In this document: piece by piece, positions 32,731 to 46,094 of the stretch
Position numbering within the stretch: position 1 is the stretch's first letter
Layout: the number at the start of each line of letters is the position of its first letter
Assembly: GCF_963921235.1 (NCBI RefSeq)
Contig: NC_086124.1
Location: 24,056,001 to 24,120,000, forward strand
Origin: Mobula hypostoma
Lineage: Eukaryota
DNA length: 64,000 nt
Direction: 5' to 3'
Notes under the pieces: generated by a model
Databases searched by the model: none
Seen by the model: only the letters and a program-made list of their open reading frames with translations
Told to the model about the DNA's origin: nothing
Translations under genes and position numbers: made by a program

Positions 32731-33852
32731 GTATAAAGGTAGCTTGCCGAACACCAGTTCTGCCCCAACCAACATTCAGATTCCAATCTGAATCCTTGTC
32801 AACGTAATTTCCGCTGTTGTGATCGCCTTCATCTTCGCCTGGCTGTTCCTTTGCGTGCCGCTACCATTGTTCCATCCGTGTCAGCTCGCTGTTGCTGCTG
32901 TTGTTAACATCTGATAGGCATTCCCAGTTTGTGTAAACTTTTTATTTTAATTTAGCCCCATTTATGATGAATAAATACATACGGCACTATCTCTATGAGT
33001 CTGAAGGTAGTGAAGCCTTGAATTCTAATCCTGCTGAGAAACAGAAACTACAAAAAGTGTGTCAATACAAAGTTACATACCTGGAATATGGTTTTATTCC
33101 ATCCCATCAGATCAGCAATGCCTCATGTCTCTTATTTATAATACTGTACTGTCTAATGAAGCATAAAACCATCAAGATTGCAGGAACACTTCAATAAAAG
33201 ACACCTGGAAAAAGCTACTTATGGTATTACTCAGTTCCAGAAGGTGAAAGGAGCATTGGAAAAGCATTGCACACCTGAGTTATTTGCCAAGAAAGCTAAA
33301 AATGACCATGCTAGTGGTCTCATTGCTTCTGATAACATTTCCAAAATGATAGCAAAGTGTGGAAAATCACATACACTTTGTGAAAGATTAATAATGCCTG
33401 CTGTATCAGAAGTGCTCACCACTGTTCTCAAAATGATGCCAGTATTTTAAAATCAATTCCTTTGAGTAATAACTCTCCAGCTCATCATAGTGATGAAATG
33501 AGTGAAGACATTGAGTATCAACTAGGCACAGAACTACAAAAAACAGAATTTGGGATACAACTGGATCTGTGCACTGTGCGAGACAACAAGGCATTGCTAA
33601 TAGCATATGTACAGTTTATCAAAAATGGAAAAGTTTATGAAGAGATTCTCTTCTTTAAAAAGTTAAAAACAAATATCAATTGAGAATCAATCTATGAAGA
33701 GCTCAAAATGTATTTGAGGATGAAAGTATCCTGATTAGGAACATGATTTCTTGTGCAACAGGCGGAACACCATAAATGATGGGATGCCATGCTGGGTCAG
33801 TGGCATTTATGTAAAAAAAAATCCATGTCTGTTTACAATCCATTGTCTAAAG

Positions 33853-35245
33853 TAATGGTCGCAAGCCAGTCGATCACGATCGACCGGTCGATCTTTGAGA
33901 CTTTCCCAGTAGATCCCAAAAAAAAAGAAAAATAAATACACAAATACTGTTGTAATGTGAGCATTATAAAAATAAGTAATACTAATTAGGATAATGGTAA
34001 TATAGCAAATGCTCCCACTACGGAAAGCTGTTTGTAAAGAGAGGTTGTTTCTGGGGTTGCGGGGTTTTACTTCCGTTCTTTCTGCCCGGTGTGCATCTCC
34101 GTTCGGTGTCTGAGTGGCGGCAAAGGGTTGCAACGATTTGTTGACTTGCTGCCTGAAATAAAGACTTTTCTGTCGACAAGAAACGAGGAGCATGAGGAAC
34201 TGTCAGATGATGCATGGCTACTGGATTTAGGGTTTCTGACAGACCTAATGGCTAAATTAAACGCATTTAACAACGTTAAGACCAACACCTGCCCCACATG
34301 ATAAGCGCAGTAAATGCGTTTAAGGCCAAGCTCTGTGCTTGGATTTCAAATTTAAAGAACGGGAGGCTGACACACTTTCCCAACTTGGAGAAAATGTTAC
34401 AGGCCATCAAGGAAAAAAATGCTTTTCGCCCTGAGCAGTACTGTGCTTACCTGGACAAACTGGCAATAGAGTTCGGTCGGCGTTTTGGGGAGTTAAACAT
34501 CATGAAAGATATTGCTGCATTTATTTCAAACCGATTTCTGTCGATCAATATAGAACAGATAGCAGCCAAATTCCAGCAAGTACTTGGTGTGCCAAGTGAC
34601 ATTGAAATGAAAATAATTGATTTGCAAAATGACATTGAGCTTAAAGCAAAATCAAGGGACGGTGACCTTTGGGGGTTTGTCAGCAGGGAGAAGTTTCCTC
34701 ATCTCACCACATGTGCACTAAAAGTCAGTGCCCACTTTGGGTCAACTTATCTGTGTGAAATTGCATTTTCACAGATGAAAATTATTAAACCTAAGTACAG
34801 AAGCCGTCTTACTGACAGACACCTCACAAACTGTCTCAGACTGGCTGTCTGTAGTTATGAGCCAAATTTCAGGGAAATAGCAGAAAGTATTCAGCCCCAG
34901 TCATCACACCGAGTGCAACAGTCAATTTTTATTATTTATTTTATGTGTTGAAATAAAATTAAATCATGAAACTTAGAATTAAAGGTATGAAGTATTGTAA
35001 TGTTCTTAAAGAAAGACAGCTATGGCCTGTTTGATATGCTAGTTACAGTGTTTTCTTGGTTGAAATAATTTGAAAGTTTGACAAAAGCATTTTATGTAAT
35101 TCAAGTACAATTAGCCCAAATAAAAGACCTCAAGTTGGAAGTAAAATCTGAGCTGTTTTCTCTCTAAACGATTTAGTAGGTACATCTTGCCTTTCACTAA
35201 GGCCGAGGTAGGGGATCTTGGGCTTAAAAATGTTGGCCACCACTT
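33853..35245 (+). mobile_element. Internally deleted hAT transposon (GTF2IRD2/SPIN-like transposase C-terminus)
   Basis: 8-bp TSD gtctaaag / gtctaaat. ORFs WLSGGKGLQRFVDLLPEIK..WLLDLGFLTD and 217 aa ending FGSTYLCEIAFSQMKIIKPKYRSRLTD (hAT dimerisation domain). Confidence 0.88.
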
Positions 35246-35478
35246 GTCTAAATCATCGTCAACATTTTGAGCCAAAAACCTCAACCAGTGACTTTTTTCA
35301 AGCATGACTCTTGTAATATCTGCTAGCAACAAAATTAAAGTTCATCCTTTAAATAGCGGAATATTTTGCCAGTTATGCCAAGATAATGATGAAAATTTTA
35401 AATGCTTGTTTCTTTACACTGAGGTGCATTGGCTGTCAAAGGTCTGTTATTGAAAATACTTCTTTGATCTTTTTTTTT

Positions 35479-36135
35479 AGATTATGAGGACACGCAGTCC
35501 TCTTTTATTGTCATTTAGTAATGCATGCATTAAGAAATGATACAATGTTCCTCCAGTGTGATATCACAGAAAAACAAGACAGATCAAGACTGAAAAACTG
35601 ACAAAAACCACATAATTATAACGTATAGTTACAACAGTGCAAGTAATACCGCAATTTAATAGAAGAACAGACCATGGGCACGGTAAGAAAAGTCTCAAGA
35701 TCTCTCGAAAGCCCCAACATCTCATGCAGACGGTAGAAGGAAGAAAACTCTCCCTGCCATGAGCTTCCAGCGCCACAAACTTGCTGATGCAGCACCCTGG
35801 AAGCACCCGACGACAGTCCGTCTGAAAACTTCGAGCCTCCAGCCAGCCCTCCGACACCAAGCACCGAGCACCATCTCTGCCGAGCGCTTCGACCCCAGCC
35901 CCGACCTCCAGCAACAGGTAAAGCCGAAGATTTGGGGCCTTCCCTCTGGAGATTCTCGATCACACAGTAGCAGCGGCAGCAAACCAGGCATTTCGGAAGT
36001 TCTCCAGATGTTTCTCCGTGCTTTTCACGTCCTTCTCCATCACATCAGGATTGTGCACGGCCTCTATTTAACAAATACAATATCATTTCACCAGGGAGGC
36101 CGCACGCGCTGCATCGCGCCGCCATCTTCTCCTCC
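35479..36135 (-). mobile_element. About 650-bp non-coding retroposon, copy 2
   Basis: Reverse-complement homologue of 2261-2891; 5' end ggagaagatggcggcgcgatgcagcgc. Confidence 0.75.
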
Positions 36136-37559
36136 CTTTTGGCCACTCTGGCTGAATTTTTGCTCAAAGTAGACGAGAGCTTGGGGAACAAGACTGAACT
36201 TCTACATGGAAATTTGGCATACCTAGCCAATCTATATGGCGAAATGAACATTCTAAATATAAATGAGAATTTCAATTTAATCCAGGCAAAAAGTGTAGTG
36301 TCCACTTTTATCAGAAAGTTGGAAATATATGAGTAAAACATTAGGAGAAAAATGTTCTCATCGTTTCCCTGCATGGAAAGTATGGCACTCCCTTTCACAG
36401 ATGATGATTTGCAAAAGTACTGCTTACACCTGCAGTCTCTGAAGAAGGATTTTCCGAGTGAATTTGAACGATCTATAAATTCCGGACTGGGCGTTTAACC
36501 CATTTCTTTGCAAGGTGGAAGAATAGCAAGGGAGCTCGCAAGAAGAAATGATCAAAATTCAGTGTGATGAAAATGCAAAAATGCTTTTCAAAACTGTCGG
36601 CTTTTGTGATATTTGGTTACACTGTCATAGAAAGTTTCCTGGTCTTTGGAGAAGATCCAAACAGCTCCTTATTGCATTTCCATCCTCCTACCCTGTTGAA
36701 AGATGTTTCATTGCAGTGAATCACAAATTCACAAAAACAGAACTGCTTGGTCATTGTTATATGTGGGGACTTAAGGCTTTTGCTGTCACAACTTGAATCA
36801 GATATTTCAACTCCTGCTAAAAACCTTCAAGGTCAGGGCTCATATCGATATTGAAGCTGCTGTGCAGTGTATAGGTACAGTGTAAGCGAGGTTTAAAGAC
36901 AAACAAGAATTTAAAGCAGAATCAGTTCTCTCATGTTAGCATATGGTAGACATGTTTCTGCGCTATGGGGGTGCCGGAAAGTACATTGTGGTAAGTATGA
37001 AGGTGCTTTAGGAGGGCATTGGGCTAAAACCTGTTAGAAAACACTGACCTACAGAAACTTCTGTCACCTGCCCTAATTTGATAAACTCTATCCCATCTCG
37101 TCCTTTTACAGCATGGGAGTCCCAGTTAATGTGTGTAAAGTTAAAATCACCTTCTATAACAACCTTATGTTTCTTGAAACTGTCTGTGATCTCTCTACAG
37201 ATTTATTCCTCTAAATCCCTCGGACTGTTGGGTCGTCTGTAATATAGTCCCATGAACATAGTCATACCTTTCTTTTTTCTCAGAGTGCCTCACTAGACGA
37301 GTTCCCCAGTCTGTCTCGATTGAGCACTGCTGTGACATTTTCTTTGACAAGTAATGCCAGCCCTCCTGCTTTAAACCATCCTACTCTGTTGCATCTAAAA
37401 CAGACCCTGGAATATTGAGCTGCCAGTCCTGCCCCTCCTACAACCAGATCTCACCAATGGCTATAATATCATAACTCCAAGTGTTAATCCATGCCCTAAG
37501 CTCATCCACCTTTCCTACGCTACCTCTTGCATTGAAATATACACAAGTCACTGTACACC

Positions 37560-38500
37560 CATGATTGTGTAGCCAAGTTTCCATCAAACTCAATGTATAA
37601 GTTTGCTGAATACACCACAATTGTAGGCCATATCTTGGGTAATGATGAGTTTGAGTACAGAGAGGAAATTAAGAACCTGATGGAATGGTGCGAAAACAAT
37701 AACCTATCCCTCAACGTCAGCAAGACAAAGGAATTGGTTGTTGAATTCGGAAGGAGTAGCGGACCGCACGACCCCATTTACATCAGTGGTGCGCAAGTGG
37801 AACAGGTCAAAAGCTTTAAGTTCCTCGGGGTCAATATCACAAATGACCTGACTTGGTCCAACCAAGCAAAGTCCACTGCCAAGAAGGCCCACCAGAGCCT
37901 TTACTTCCTGAGAAAACTAAAGAAATTTGGCCTGTCCCCTAAAACCCTCACTAATTTTTATAGATGCACCGTAGAAAGCATTCTTCTAGGGTGCATCACA
38001 ACCTGGTATGGAAATTGTCCTGTCCAAGACCGGGAGAACCTGCAGAAGATCGTGAACACAGCCCAGCACATCACACAAACTAATCTTCCGTCCTTGGACT
38101 CACTTTACACCGCACGCTGTCGGAGCGGTGCTGCCAGGATAATCAAGGACACAACCCACCCAGCCAACACACATTTTGTTCCTCTTCCCTCCAGGAGAAG
38201 GCTCAGGAGCTTGAAGGGTCGTACGGCCGGATTTGGGAACAGCTTCTTTCCAACTGTGATAAGACTGCTGAACGGATCCTGACCCGGATCTGGGCCATAC
38301 CCTCCAAATATCCGGACCTGCCTCTAATATTTTTGCACTACCTTACTTTCCCTTCTCTATTTTCTATTTATGATTTATAATTAAAATTTTAATATTTACT
38401 ATCGATTTGTACTCCAGGGAGCACGAAGCGCAGAATCAAATATCACTGTGATGATTGTAGGTTCCAGTATCAATTGTTTGGCGACAATAAAGTAAAGTAA
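37560..38500 (+). mobile_element. Rex1/Babar-type LINE 3' portion (RT C-terminus plus 3' UTR)
   Basis: 229-aa ORF YKFAEYTTIVG..WCENNNLSLNVSKTKEL..FYRCTVESILLGCITTWYGNC; (TAAAG)n tail. Confidence 0.88.
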
Positions 38501-38749
38501 AATTAAATTTCAGGACACGCAACCTTTCAAATCCTGACTTAGTCTGAGGTCTTACCAACATCTGTCTCAACAATCTCTCCGCTAACTGTTCTGGCATTGT
38601 AGTTCCCATCCCCCTGCAACTCTAGTTTAAACCCCACCCTGAAGCACTAGTAAACCTTCCCACTAGGATATTAGTCCCCTTCCCTTTCAGGGGTAAACCA
38701 TCTCTTCTGTACAGATCCCACCTTCCCCTCTCTCCCATCTCAGTCACTA

Positions 38750-40268
38750 AAGCTTGTAACTCCTCCAGAGTTGTCATAGATCTCTTGGTGGCGTCCCTCA
38801 CTCATCCCCTTCTTGCATTGTCATCCAAAATTCTTATGTGCTTCCTCCTACATCAACTCATTAGCCACATGTTAAGCTGTATAAAATTCCTTTTAATATG
38901 ACACACCAAATCATCACTGGTGCAGCCAATTAGTCTTAGAAGTCACGTAATTTGTTTTCTGTTTTTGGAGACCTGTGTGCAGTCAGGGTGTTTCAATTGA
39001 TAGCAGTAAAAATACATCTATATCTGGGAGGTCCAACTGCTCGTGAACCAGTGTCCAGGTAAAAACTACACCATGAAACAAAAGAACTCTCCAAGCAGCT
39101 CCGCCAAAAGCACAAGTCAGGAGATGGATACAAGAAAATTTTCAAGTCACTGAATATCCCTTGGAGTGCAGTTGTTGATCATCAAGAAATGGAGAAAATA
39201 TGGCACAGCTGTAAATCTGCCCAGAACAGGCCGTCCTCAAAAACTGATTGACCATGCAAGAAGGGGACGAGTAAGGGAGGCCACCAAGAGATCTACAACA
39301 ACTCTGGACGAGTTACAAGCTTTAGTGGCTGAGATGGGAGAGACTGCGCTTACAACAACTGTTACCGGGTGCTTCACCAGTCATAGCTTTATGGGAGAGT
39401 GGCAAAGAGAAATCCACTGTTGAAAAAAACTCACATGAAACCTTGGCTAGAACTTGCCAGAAGGCATGTGGGAGACTCTGAAGTCATCTGGAAGAAGGTT
39501 CTATGGTCTGATGAATCCAAAAGTGAGCTTTTTGGCTATCAGACTAAACACTGTGCTTGGCATAAGCCAAACACTGAACATCCTCAAAAACACACCATCC
39601 CTCCTGTGAAGCATGCTGTGGGGATGCTTCACTGCAGCAGGCCCTGGAAGGCCTGTGAAGGTAGAGGGTAAAATGAATGCAGCAAAATACAGGGAAATCA
39701 TGGAGGAAAACCTGATTCATTCTGCAAGAGAAGTACGACCTGGGAGAAAATTTGTTTTCCAGCAAGACAATGACTCCAAGCATAAAGCCAAAGTTACAAA
39801 GGAGTGGCTTAAAAACAACAAAGTTAATGTCCTGAAGTGGCCAAGTCAGAGTCCAGCCCTCAATCCAATTGAGAATTTGCGGCTGGGCTTGAAAAGAGTT
39901 GTTCACTCACTACTCCCGTGCAATCTGACAGAGCTTGAACAGTTTTGTAAAGGAGAATGGGGAAAATTTGCAGTATCCAGATGTGCAAAGCTGATAGAGA
40001 CCTATCCACACAGACTCAAGGCTGTAAATGCTGCCAAAGATGCATCTACTAAATACTGACTTGAAGGGGGTAAATACTTATGCAATCAATTATTTTGTGT
40101 TTTATGTTTGTGATTAATTTGGATCACTTTGTTGAGATACGTTTTCACTTTGACACGAAAGAGTTATTTTCTGTTGATCGGTATAAAAAAGCCAAATTAA
40201 ATCCACTGTGTTTTAATAGAAAATGAAACTTCTGCGGGGGTGGGGTACGAATACTCTTTATGGCACTG
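38750..40268 (+). mobile_element. Tc1/mariner transposon with a frameshifted transposase
   Basis: LPRTGRPQKL, KKVLWSDESK, FVFQQDNDSKH, WPSQSPALNPIENL; right TIR ggggtacgaatactctttatggcactg followed by TA. Confidence 0.9.
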
Positions 40269-40511
40269 TATCTATCAATATTATGTATCACAATGTACTG
40301 CTGCAAAACAACATTCATGACCTATGTCGGTGATACTAAACCTGATTCTGAAATAATAGTACTGTCACTGGCTTGAATTTATAATAAATGTATGTTTGTT
40401 AAAGAAAAAAGGTGGGGACACTGTTCCCGGCACTTGTAGAACTGGCTGCAGTTCAAGGTCAAAATAACTTCCTCTGTTTGACGTGAGCTTGTATTCAATC
40501 ATCCAGTTAAC

Positions 40512-40761
40512 CATGTACAGTTCAGAGTCAGAACATTCTGGTAAACACTCCCTGCAATGAAAGGGACGAAGGCTTGGTACGGTTGACTTCAATGACAGCC
40601 CGGGGGTTGCAGTGGTTCAGGTCTCTGATGAAAGCTTCCAAAAGTGAAACGCTGGCCCCAAATTTACTCGCAGATAAAACAAAGTAGGTGACATCTTTGC
40701 TGTTATAACCAAGTCACAGGTCCGTTCTCGAGAACCACGGAGCTGTGCTGGAGTAGATTGT
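40512..40761 (-). pseudogene. MHC class-II-type/W-category beta1 exon relic
   Basis: Phase-1 acceptor cagttag|AC. Frameshift-joined translation DNLLQHSSVVLENGPVT/GYNSKDVTYFVLSASKFGASVSLLEAFIRDLNHCNPRAVIEVNRTK/AFVPFIAGSVYQNVLTLNCT. The middle segment aligns without gaps to the class II beta1 pattern YNxEExxxFxxxxxxFxAxxxLxxxxxxxxN. The donor is degenerate, so the end coordinate is approximate. Confidence 0.6.
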
Positions 40762-41184
40762 CTAACTGATGTGCATTCCAGATAAACACAAATTAGAAGG
40801 ATAGTTTAACAGTCAAAGCCATTCTGAGTTGGGAATGAGTTACTTAAGACAAGGTGATTTCTATCTCCAAAGTTGCAGATTGCATCTATCAGTTACAGTT
40901 TCAATCTCTTTCCTCTCATGTTAGACATCACAACATCAATGCCTCAACAAGCTCTATAGAACCATACAGCATAGAAACAGGCCCTTCAGCCCAACTGGTC
41001 CATGCTGGCCAAGATTCACATCCAAACCAATACTACTTGTCCACATTTGGCACACCTCATTTACCCTGTTTGCACTCCCTGCCTTCCCCTCTTCTCCCTC
41101 TCCCCCCACCTTGAAATCTTTCTTATCCATATATCTTTCAAATGCTGCTGTCCTGCCTGCCTCAGTCAATTCCCCTCGTAGTTT

Positions 41185-43815
41185 GTGGGATTATGATGTT
41201 TGTGGCCATGACAGAGACTTGGCTGGCACCAGGGCAGGAATGGATTCTCGATATTCCTGGATTTCAGTGCTTTAAAAGGGATAGAGAGGGGGGAAATAGG
41301 GAAGGAGGGGTGGCATTACTGGTCAGGAATACTATTACAGCTACAGAAAGGGTGAGTAATGTAGCAGGATCCTCTTTTGAGTCAGTATGGGTTGAAGTCA
41401 GGAACAGGAAGGGAGCAGTTACTCTATTGGGGGTATTCTATAGGCCCCCTGGTAGCAGCAGAGATACAGAGGAGCAGATTGGGAGGCAGATTTTGGAAAG
41501 GTGCAAAAATAACAGGGTTGTTATAATGGGTGACTTTAACTTCCTTAATATTGATTGGCACCTGATGGTTTATACGGGGCAGAGTTTGTTAAGTGTGTCC
41601 AGGATGGATTCCTATCACAGTATGTTGACAGGTCGACGAGAGGGAATGCCATATTAGATCTAGTATTAGGTAACGAATCGGGTAAGGTCACAGATCTCTC
41701 AGTGGGTGAATATCTGGGGGATAGTAACCACCGCTCCCTGGCCTTTAGCATTATCATAGAAAAGGATAAAATCAGAACGGACAGGAAAATTTTTAATTGG
41801 GGAAGGGCAAATTATGAGGCTATAAGGCTAGAACTTGCGGGTGTGAATTGGGATGATGTTTTTGCAGGGAAATATACTACGGATATGTATAGGGATGTTT
41901 AGGGATCTTTTGCGGGATGTTAGGGATAAATTTGTCCCGGTGAGGAAGATAAAAAATGGTAGGGTGAGGGAACCATGGGTGACAAGTGAGGTGGAAAATT
42001 TAGTCAGGTGGAAGAAGGCAGCATACATGAGGTTTAGGAAGCAAGGATCAAATGGGTCTATTGAGGAATATAGGGTAGCAAGAAAGGAGCTTAAGAAGGG
42101 GCTGAGAAGAGCAAGAAGGGGGCATGAGAAGGCCTTAGTGAGTAGGGTAAAGGAAAACCCTAAGGCATTCTTCAATTATGTGCAGGACAAAAGGATGACA
42201 GGAGTGAAGGTGGGACCGATTAGAGATAAAGGTGGGAAGATGTGCCTGGAGGCTGTGGAAGTGAGTGATGTCCTCAATGAATACTTCTCTTCGGTATTCA
42301 CCAATGAGAGGGAACTTGATGACAGTGACGACAATATGAGTGAGGTCGATGTTCTGGAGCATGTTGATATTAAGGGAGAGGAAGTGTTGGAGTTTAAAAT
42401 ACATTAGGACAGATAAGTTCCCGGGGCCTGACAGAATATTCCCCAGGCTGCTCCTCGAGACGAGGAAAGAGATTGCTGAGTCTGGCTAGGATCTTTATGT
42501 CCTCGTTGTCCATGGGAATGGTACCGGAGGATTGGAGGGAGGCGAATGTTGTCCTCTTGTTCAAAAAAGGTAGTAGAGATAGTCCGGGTAATTATAGACC
42601 AGTGAGCCTTACGTCTGTGGTGGGAAAGCTATTGGAAAAGATTCTTAGAGATAGGATCTATGGGCATTTATGGATTAGATTATGAAGACACGCAGTCCTC
42701 TTTTATTGTCATTTAGTAATGCATGCATTAAGAAATGAGACAATATTTCCTTCGGTGTGATATCACAAAACACAGGACAGACCAAGACTGAAAAAACTGA
42801 CAAAACCACATAATTATAACATACAGTTACAACACTGCAACAATACCATAACTGATGAAGAAGTCCATGAGCACAGTAAAAGTTCAAAGTCTCTCAAATG
42901 TCCCACATCTCACACAGACGGGAGAAGGAAGAACTCTCCCTGCCATGCCGACCACAGTCCGATTCTGAGTCATCCGAAAACTTCAAGCTCTGATCAGCTC
43001 TCCGACACCGAGTACTGAGCGCCATCTCTGTCCGAACGATTCGACCTCAATCTTGGTCGCCAACAGCAGGCAAAGCTGGGGATTTTGAGGCCTACCCTCC
43101 GAAAGGTTCCCAACCACGCAGTAACGACAGCAGCGAACGAGTGTTTCAGAAATTTCTCCAGATGTTCCTCTGTGCTTTCACGTCCATTCTCCATCAAATC
43201 AGAATTGTCCACGGCCCCCATTTAACGGATATGATATCATTTAGAGTTCTTTGAGGAGGTGACCAGGCATATAGATGAGGGTAGTACTTGGAGTACTGTG
43301 TCCAGTTCTGGTCGGCTCACTATAGGAAGGATGTGGAAACATTGGAAAGGGTACAGAGGAGATTTACCAGGATGCTGCCTGGTTTAGAGACTATGGATTA
43401 TGATCAGAGATTAAGGGAGCTAGGGCTTTTCTCTTTGAAGAGAAGGAGGATGAGAGGAGACATGATAGAAGTATACAAGATATTAAAAGGAATAGATAGA
43501 GTGGATAGCCAGTGCCTCTTCCCCAGGGCACCACTGCTCCATACAAGAGGACATGGCTTTAAGGTAAGGGGTGGGAAGTTCAAGGAGGAAATTAGAGGAA
43601 GGTTTTTTACTCAGAGAGTGGTTGGTGCGTGGAATGCACTGCCTGAGTCAGTGATGGAGGCAGATACACTAGTGAAGTTTAAGAGACTACTAGACAGGTA
43701 TATGGAGGAATTTAAGGTGGGGGCTTATATGGGAGGCAGAGTTTGAGGGTCGGCACAACATTGTGGGCCGAAGGGCCTGTACTGTGCTGTACTATTCTAT
43801 GTTCTATGTTCTATA
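41185..43815 (+). mobile_element. CR1 LINE (endonuclease to 3' tail) with an internal RT deletion and a nested insertion
   Basis: VAMTETWL, GVFYRPP, IMGDFNF, NYRPVSLTS, EYCVQFWS, (TTCTATG)n tail. Confidence 0.92.
42671..43241 (-). mobile_element. Non-coding retroposon, copy 3 (5'-truncated)
   Basis: Reverse-complement homologue of about 2320-2891, inserted in the CR1. Confidence 0.78.
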
Positions 43816-44049
43816 CGGATGTATACACACATAGTTCTCCAACTGGGACAAGCCTCTTCTCATTACAATCATCGGGATGAGGTTCAGGAGGCTGAAGAAC
43901 CAGCTTCTGCCATCAGATTTCGGAACAGTTCATGAATCCATGAACACTGTTCTCTTTTTTTGCACTAATTTATGATCTATGCACCGTACTGCCGCTGTAA
44001 AACTACAAATGATCAGAATCAGGTTTATTTTCACCGGCGTGTATTAGCA

Positions 44050-44650
44050 GTGGCAATAAATGATTTTAGAGAAAGAAAATTAAACAACCAAGTAAATCAA
44101 TTACAAAAGTATATGTATATATTGAATAGATTAAAATATATATTTAAAAGAAGTGAGGTAGTTTTCATGTTTTCGATGTCCATTTAGGAATCTTATGGCA
44201 GAGGGGAAGAAGCTGTTCCTAAATTGCTGAGTGTGTGCCTTTAGGCTTCTGTACCTCTTTCCTGGCAGTAACAACAAGCCAAGGGCATGTTGTGGGTGAT
44301 GGGGGTCCTTAATAATGGACATTGCCTTTCTGAGGTACCGCTCCTTGAAGATGTCTTGGATACTACGGAGGCTAGCACCCAAGATGGAGCAGACTAATTC
44401 TACAACTTTCTGTAGTTTCTCTCGGTCCTGTACTTGCCCCCTACCATACCTGACAGTGATGCAGCCTGTCAGAATGCTCTCCACAGTACATCTACAGAAG
44501 TTTTAAAGTGTTTTAGGTGACAAACCAAATCTCTTCAAACTCCTAATAAAATATAGCCACTGTGTCGGCTTTTTTTATAGCTGGATCAATATGTTGGGAC
44601 CAGGTTAGGTCCTCAGAGATCTTGACACCCAGGACTTGAAATCGCTCACT
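44050..44650 (-). mobile_element. Rex1/Babar-type LINE 3' fragment
   Basis: ESILTGCITVRYG..DREKLQKVV..FRNSFFPSAIRFLN. Confidence 0.8.
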
Positions 44651-45073
44651 CTCTCATTGTGTCCTATACGAAACTTATGATTTAAACTGATTCCGATACT
44701 GACCACCCTCTGGGTGAAAAAGTTGCACCTCAGGCTCATAGTGAATCTCTCTCCTCTCATTTTAAACCTACGCTCTCTAGTTCTTGATTCCCCATCGCTG
44801 GGAAAAAGACTGCACATTCACCCTAAGTATGCTGTTCAGGATTTGGCAAGGTGGAAATGAGGGGGATCAAAGTGAGCAAGGTTAGGAAGGAGGAGGAGGA
44901 GGAGGCAAAAGCGATCTCCATAATTCCCTCCATTTAAGTGACACCCAACGCCATCCCCTCCCATTTGTCCCTCCCACACACATTTCCCACTAATCCCCCA
45001 GGCACCTTGATAACCATCCCCCATCATAAACCAATTCCTCCTTCCATTTATTCCCTCTCACCTATTGCATGAT

Positions 45074-45290
45074 GGGCATGTGGCCAAGTGGTTAAGGCGT
45101 TCGTCTAGTTACCTCAAGGTTGCTAGTTCGAGCCTCAGCTGTGGCAGCGTGTTTGTGCCCTTGAGCAAGGCACTTAATCACACATTGCTCTAGTCTGTGT
45201 GAGGAGTGGCGCCCCACACAGGCTTCCAATCTGTGCCTTGTAAGACATGAAAAATGCCGGACGCAGGCCTCTCATGGTCTGAGTCGATGC
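45074..45290 (+). mobile_element. tRNA-derived SINE
   Basis: A box TGGCCAAGTGG, B box GTTCGAGCC, then gtgcccttgagcaaggcacttaa (conserved SINE central segment). Confidence 0.75.
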
Positions 45291-45760
45291 TGCCCCCCCA
45301 CCTATTGAACCCATTTCTTCACCCCCGAGGATTAGTCTGCACTGCCTCCTCACACACACCCCTTCAGCACAAATCTCTGAAACCACCCCCTTAAACTCAG
45401 CACCCCCCCTCATCACTCACTCCACATTTACCTGCTCACACTTTGCACAGACCTGCTTAGCTTCAACCAGTCCTCCAACCCATCAGTCCCCCCATCTGTA
45501 ATCACCTTCCAACCCTGCACCACCCAGTAACACACACACTCAATGCACCCACACCTGAATCCCATGCTCTGCAACTGTCTCATTCTTTCCACCCTCTGCA
45601 CCATTCTTCACCCCACCCTCTGCATCTACCTTCTCAACACCTAATGCACCCACCCTTTTAAGTCCATGCCCTCTCCCCCACCCTGCGCACCCACACATCA
45701 CTCCCATTCTCTGTAGCCACCCTTCTGAATCCATCTGCACGACACCCTATCCCTGTTCCA
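45290..45760. repeat. C/A-rich low-complexity tract
   Basis: G-poor sequence of imperfect ccacccc/cacac motifs. Confidence 0.7.
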
Positions 45761-46094
45761 TCTAAGCCGTCCAGATGTGTGGCTGCGCAGTTAGTGAAAT
45801 GTTCCCACACTCACAGCCTTCGCAGCTGCTCAGTTGGAATTTTCTTTAGTGCTCACTGCGAACGTGGATTCAGTTTTATGAATTAAATCATATGTAAATC
45901 TGGGACAGACTACAAGTGGAACATTTAGATGATCTGATCAGGGCTAAGAAGTATCTTTCAGCTGGATGACGTTTACAGGCAATGGATTCATAATAAAGAC
46001 AGACAAGAATAAGTTTATGAAACTAGCAAGATTTTCTTTGTTGTGCTGTATTTAATTATGCCCTTCAATTAATAAGTAAAATAAAATGTACGTG

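Larger units (their letters stand above)
31756..37046 (+). mobile_element. Degenerate full-span hAT-Charlie/Buster (ZBED5/SCAND3-like) DNA transposon with three nested insertions
   Basis: TIRs cagtgattcccaa / ttagaaaacactg; flanks acctgcac / acctacag (6 of 8 match). Transposase remnants YLEYGFIP, IAKCGKSHTLCERLIMPA, SIPLSNN, EFGIQLD, HPLNSRIF...LHTEVHWLSK, LLIAFPSSYPVERCF. Confidence 0.85.

Noticed and set aside
44830-44915. Hydrophobic stretch (MEIAFASSSSSFLTLLTLIPLISTL / RFCLLLLLLPNLAHF) as a leader for the beta1 relic
   Set aside because: It arises from a (CCT)n microsatellite and pyrimidine tract, and there is no splice donor. It cannot be told apart from chance.
45074-45150. tRNA gene
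   Set aside because: A and B boxes are present, but there is no complete cloverleaf or terminator and it continues into a SINE body.
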